Source of the DNA: Promethearchaeota archaeon
Lineage (GTDB): Archaea; Asgardarchaeota; Lokiarchaeia; Sigyniarchaeales; SOKP01
Assembly: GCA_048939015.1 (NCBI GenBank)
Contig: JBHLPW010000063.1
Coordinates: forward strand, 1 to 27,504
Length of the DNA: 27,504 bases
Direction: 5' to 3'
The position numbers and the translations under genes were made by a program. The notes beneath the pieces are model-generated. The model searched no databases. It saw nothing but the letters and a program-made list of their open reading frames with translations, and was not told the DNA's origin. This document shows, piece by piece, positions 26,592 to 27,504 of the stretch. The stretch's first letter is position 1, and every line of letters begins with the position of its first letter.

Positions 26592-27371
26592 ATGAGTATA
26601 TGGCGGTATATACCAATAGAAGTTAGAAATGGATTCTGTAATATGGCATTTGATGAAGCTATATTAAAAATGGCAATTGAAAAGAAATCATCCAACACTC
26701 TAAGATTTTATAAATGGAAACCATCCACAGCGAGTATTGGGAGAAATCAAAGTTTAATGAATGAAGTTTATGTAGATTTTGCTAAAGAACAAGGTTTTAA
26801 TATAGTTAGACGAATAACTGGAGGCGGTGCTGTTTTTCATGATGAGAATGGAGAAATCACCTATTCAATAGTATGCCCCATAAAATTTTTAGAAAAATTA
26901 GGTGCTAAAAAAGTAATAGAGCAGTTTGAGATAATAACGAGAGGAATCATTCTGGGTCTTAATATTTATGGATTAAAGCCTGAAAAAGATATTATTCATT
27001 GTCCTGCTATTTTATTGAATGGAAAGAAATTTTCAGGGAATGCGCAAATAAGGAAGAAAGGTTATATTCTTCAACATGGCACTATTTTATTAGATATTGA
27101 TCCTAATTTAATGTATTCTGTATTAAAAGCTCCTGAAAATGTGAGTAAATCAAAAATGATACAGTCTGTAAGGGCTAAATGTATTGGTATTAAAAATCAG
27201 ATCCAAAATTATGAAGAAGAAAAGTTGATTAATTCATTAAAGCAAGGTTTTCAAAATTCATTAGGATTTGAATTAGAAGAGGGTCAATTTTCTAATGATG
27301 AGAAGACTTTAGCACAGAATTTGATAAAAGACAGATATGAAAATATGAATTGGTTAAGAAAATATGAGTAA
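26592..27371 (+). CDS. lplA: Lipoate/octanoate--protein ligase catalytic domain (LplA-N/LipM-like)
   Basis: NMAFDEA, TLRFYKW..SIGRNQ, VRRITGGGAVFHD, GKKFSGNAQ and ILQHGTIL. It lacks the LplA C-terminal accessory domain. Confidence 0.88.
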   Translation: MSIWRYIPIEVRNGFCNMAFDEAILKMAIEKKSSNTLRFYKWKPSTASIGRNQSLMNEVYVDFAKEQGFNIVRRITGGGAVFHDENGEITYSIVCPIKFLEKLGAKKVIEQFEIITRGIILGLNIYGLKPEKDIIHCPAILLNGKKFSGNAQIRKKGYILQHGTILLDIDPNLMYSVLKAPENVSKSKMIQSVRAKCIGIKNQIQNYEEEKLINSLKQGFQNSLGFELEEGQFSNDEKTLAQNLIKDRYENMNWLRKYE

Positions 27372-27504
27372 AAGCTCGAAATTACTAAACAAAATAAAAG
27401 TTGGAAATGCAGCATGGTCAGATTATTCAGAATTTTTAAATTTAGAAGATACTGAAATTCAACCATTTCTCAATTTAGCTCAGGATATAACTAAGAAGAA
27501 TTTT
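27364..27504 (+). CDS. 5' fragment of a downstream ORF, possibly a radical SAM protein (LipS1-like)
   Basis: The ATG overlaps the lplA stop (ATGAGTAA) and the frame is open to the window edge: MSKSSKLLNKIKVGNAAWSDYSEFLNLEDTEIQPFLNLAQDITKKNF. Identity is inferred from context only. Confidence 0.5.
   Translation, partial: MSKSSKLLNKIKVGNAAWSDYSEFLNLEDTEIQPFLNLAQDITKKNF

Noticed and set aside
11679-27466. Short antisense or overlapping ORFs (11679, 15192, 15571, 21207, 24542, 25000, 26139, 27284)
   Set aside because: Shadows of mazG, map, roadblock, tpiA, leuS, lipS2 and lplA; no independent evidence.
1-27504. Mobile elements, CRISPR arrays, rRNA, or integration at the tRNA
   Set aside because: No transposase or integrase ORFs, no spaced repeats, and no duplicated tRNA 3' end were seen.

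Overview
AT-rich archaeal window, most likely from an Asgard archaeon (Lokiarchaeia/Promethearchaeota-like). The assignment is inferred from a ribophorin I-like gene, Roadblock, longin-like and Bet3/V4R-like genes, an archaeal tRNA-Gln with BHB-type introns, a type II MetAP and a Sec61beta. From left to right it holds: (1) the 5' part of a Dpp/Opp peptide ABC transporter locus; (2) a membrane-protein biogenesis and glycosylation neighbourhood with a UbiA/DPPR-synthase-like transferase, a large M48 metalloprotease, an AglH/Alg7-like GlcNAc-1-P transferase, tRNA-Gln(UUG), a long Trm112, ribophorin I head-to-head with Sec61beta, MazG, DUF354 and GT4 glycosyltransferases, and MetAP; (3) eukaryotic-signature-like genes (Roadblock, an unknown 481-aa protein, two tandem Bet3/V4R-like genes, a longin-like protein) interspersed with thioredoxin, a lone HdrC and a bacterial/eukaryal-type TIM; (4) a LeuRS with a bacterial-type core and an archaeal-type C-terminus; (5) a LipS2/lipoate ligase/possible LipS1 cluster. 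The most notable signals are the tRNA-Gln with two 30-nt non-canonical introns and C33, the putative proto-TRAPP gene set, and the translocon/OST/lipid-linked-glycan cluster with a Ste24-like protease. No CRISPR array, rRNA or mobile element was seen. All family calls come from reading motifs by eye; no searches were run.
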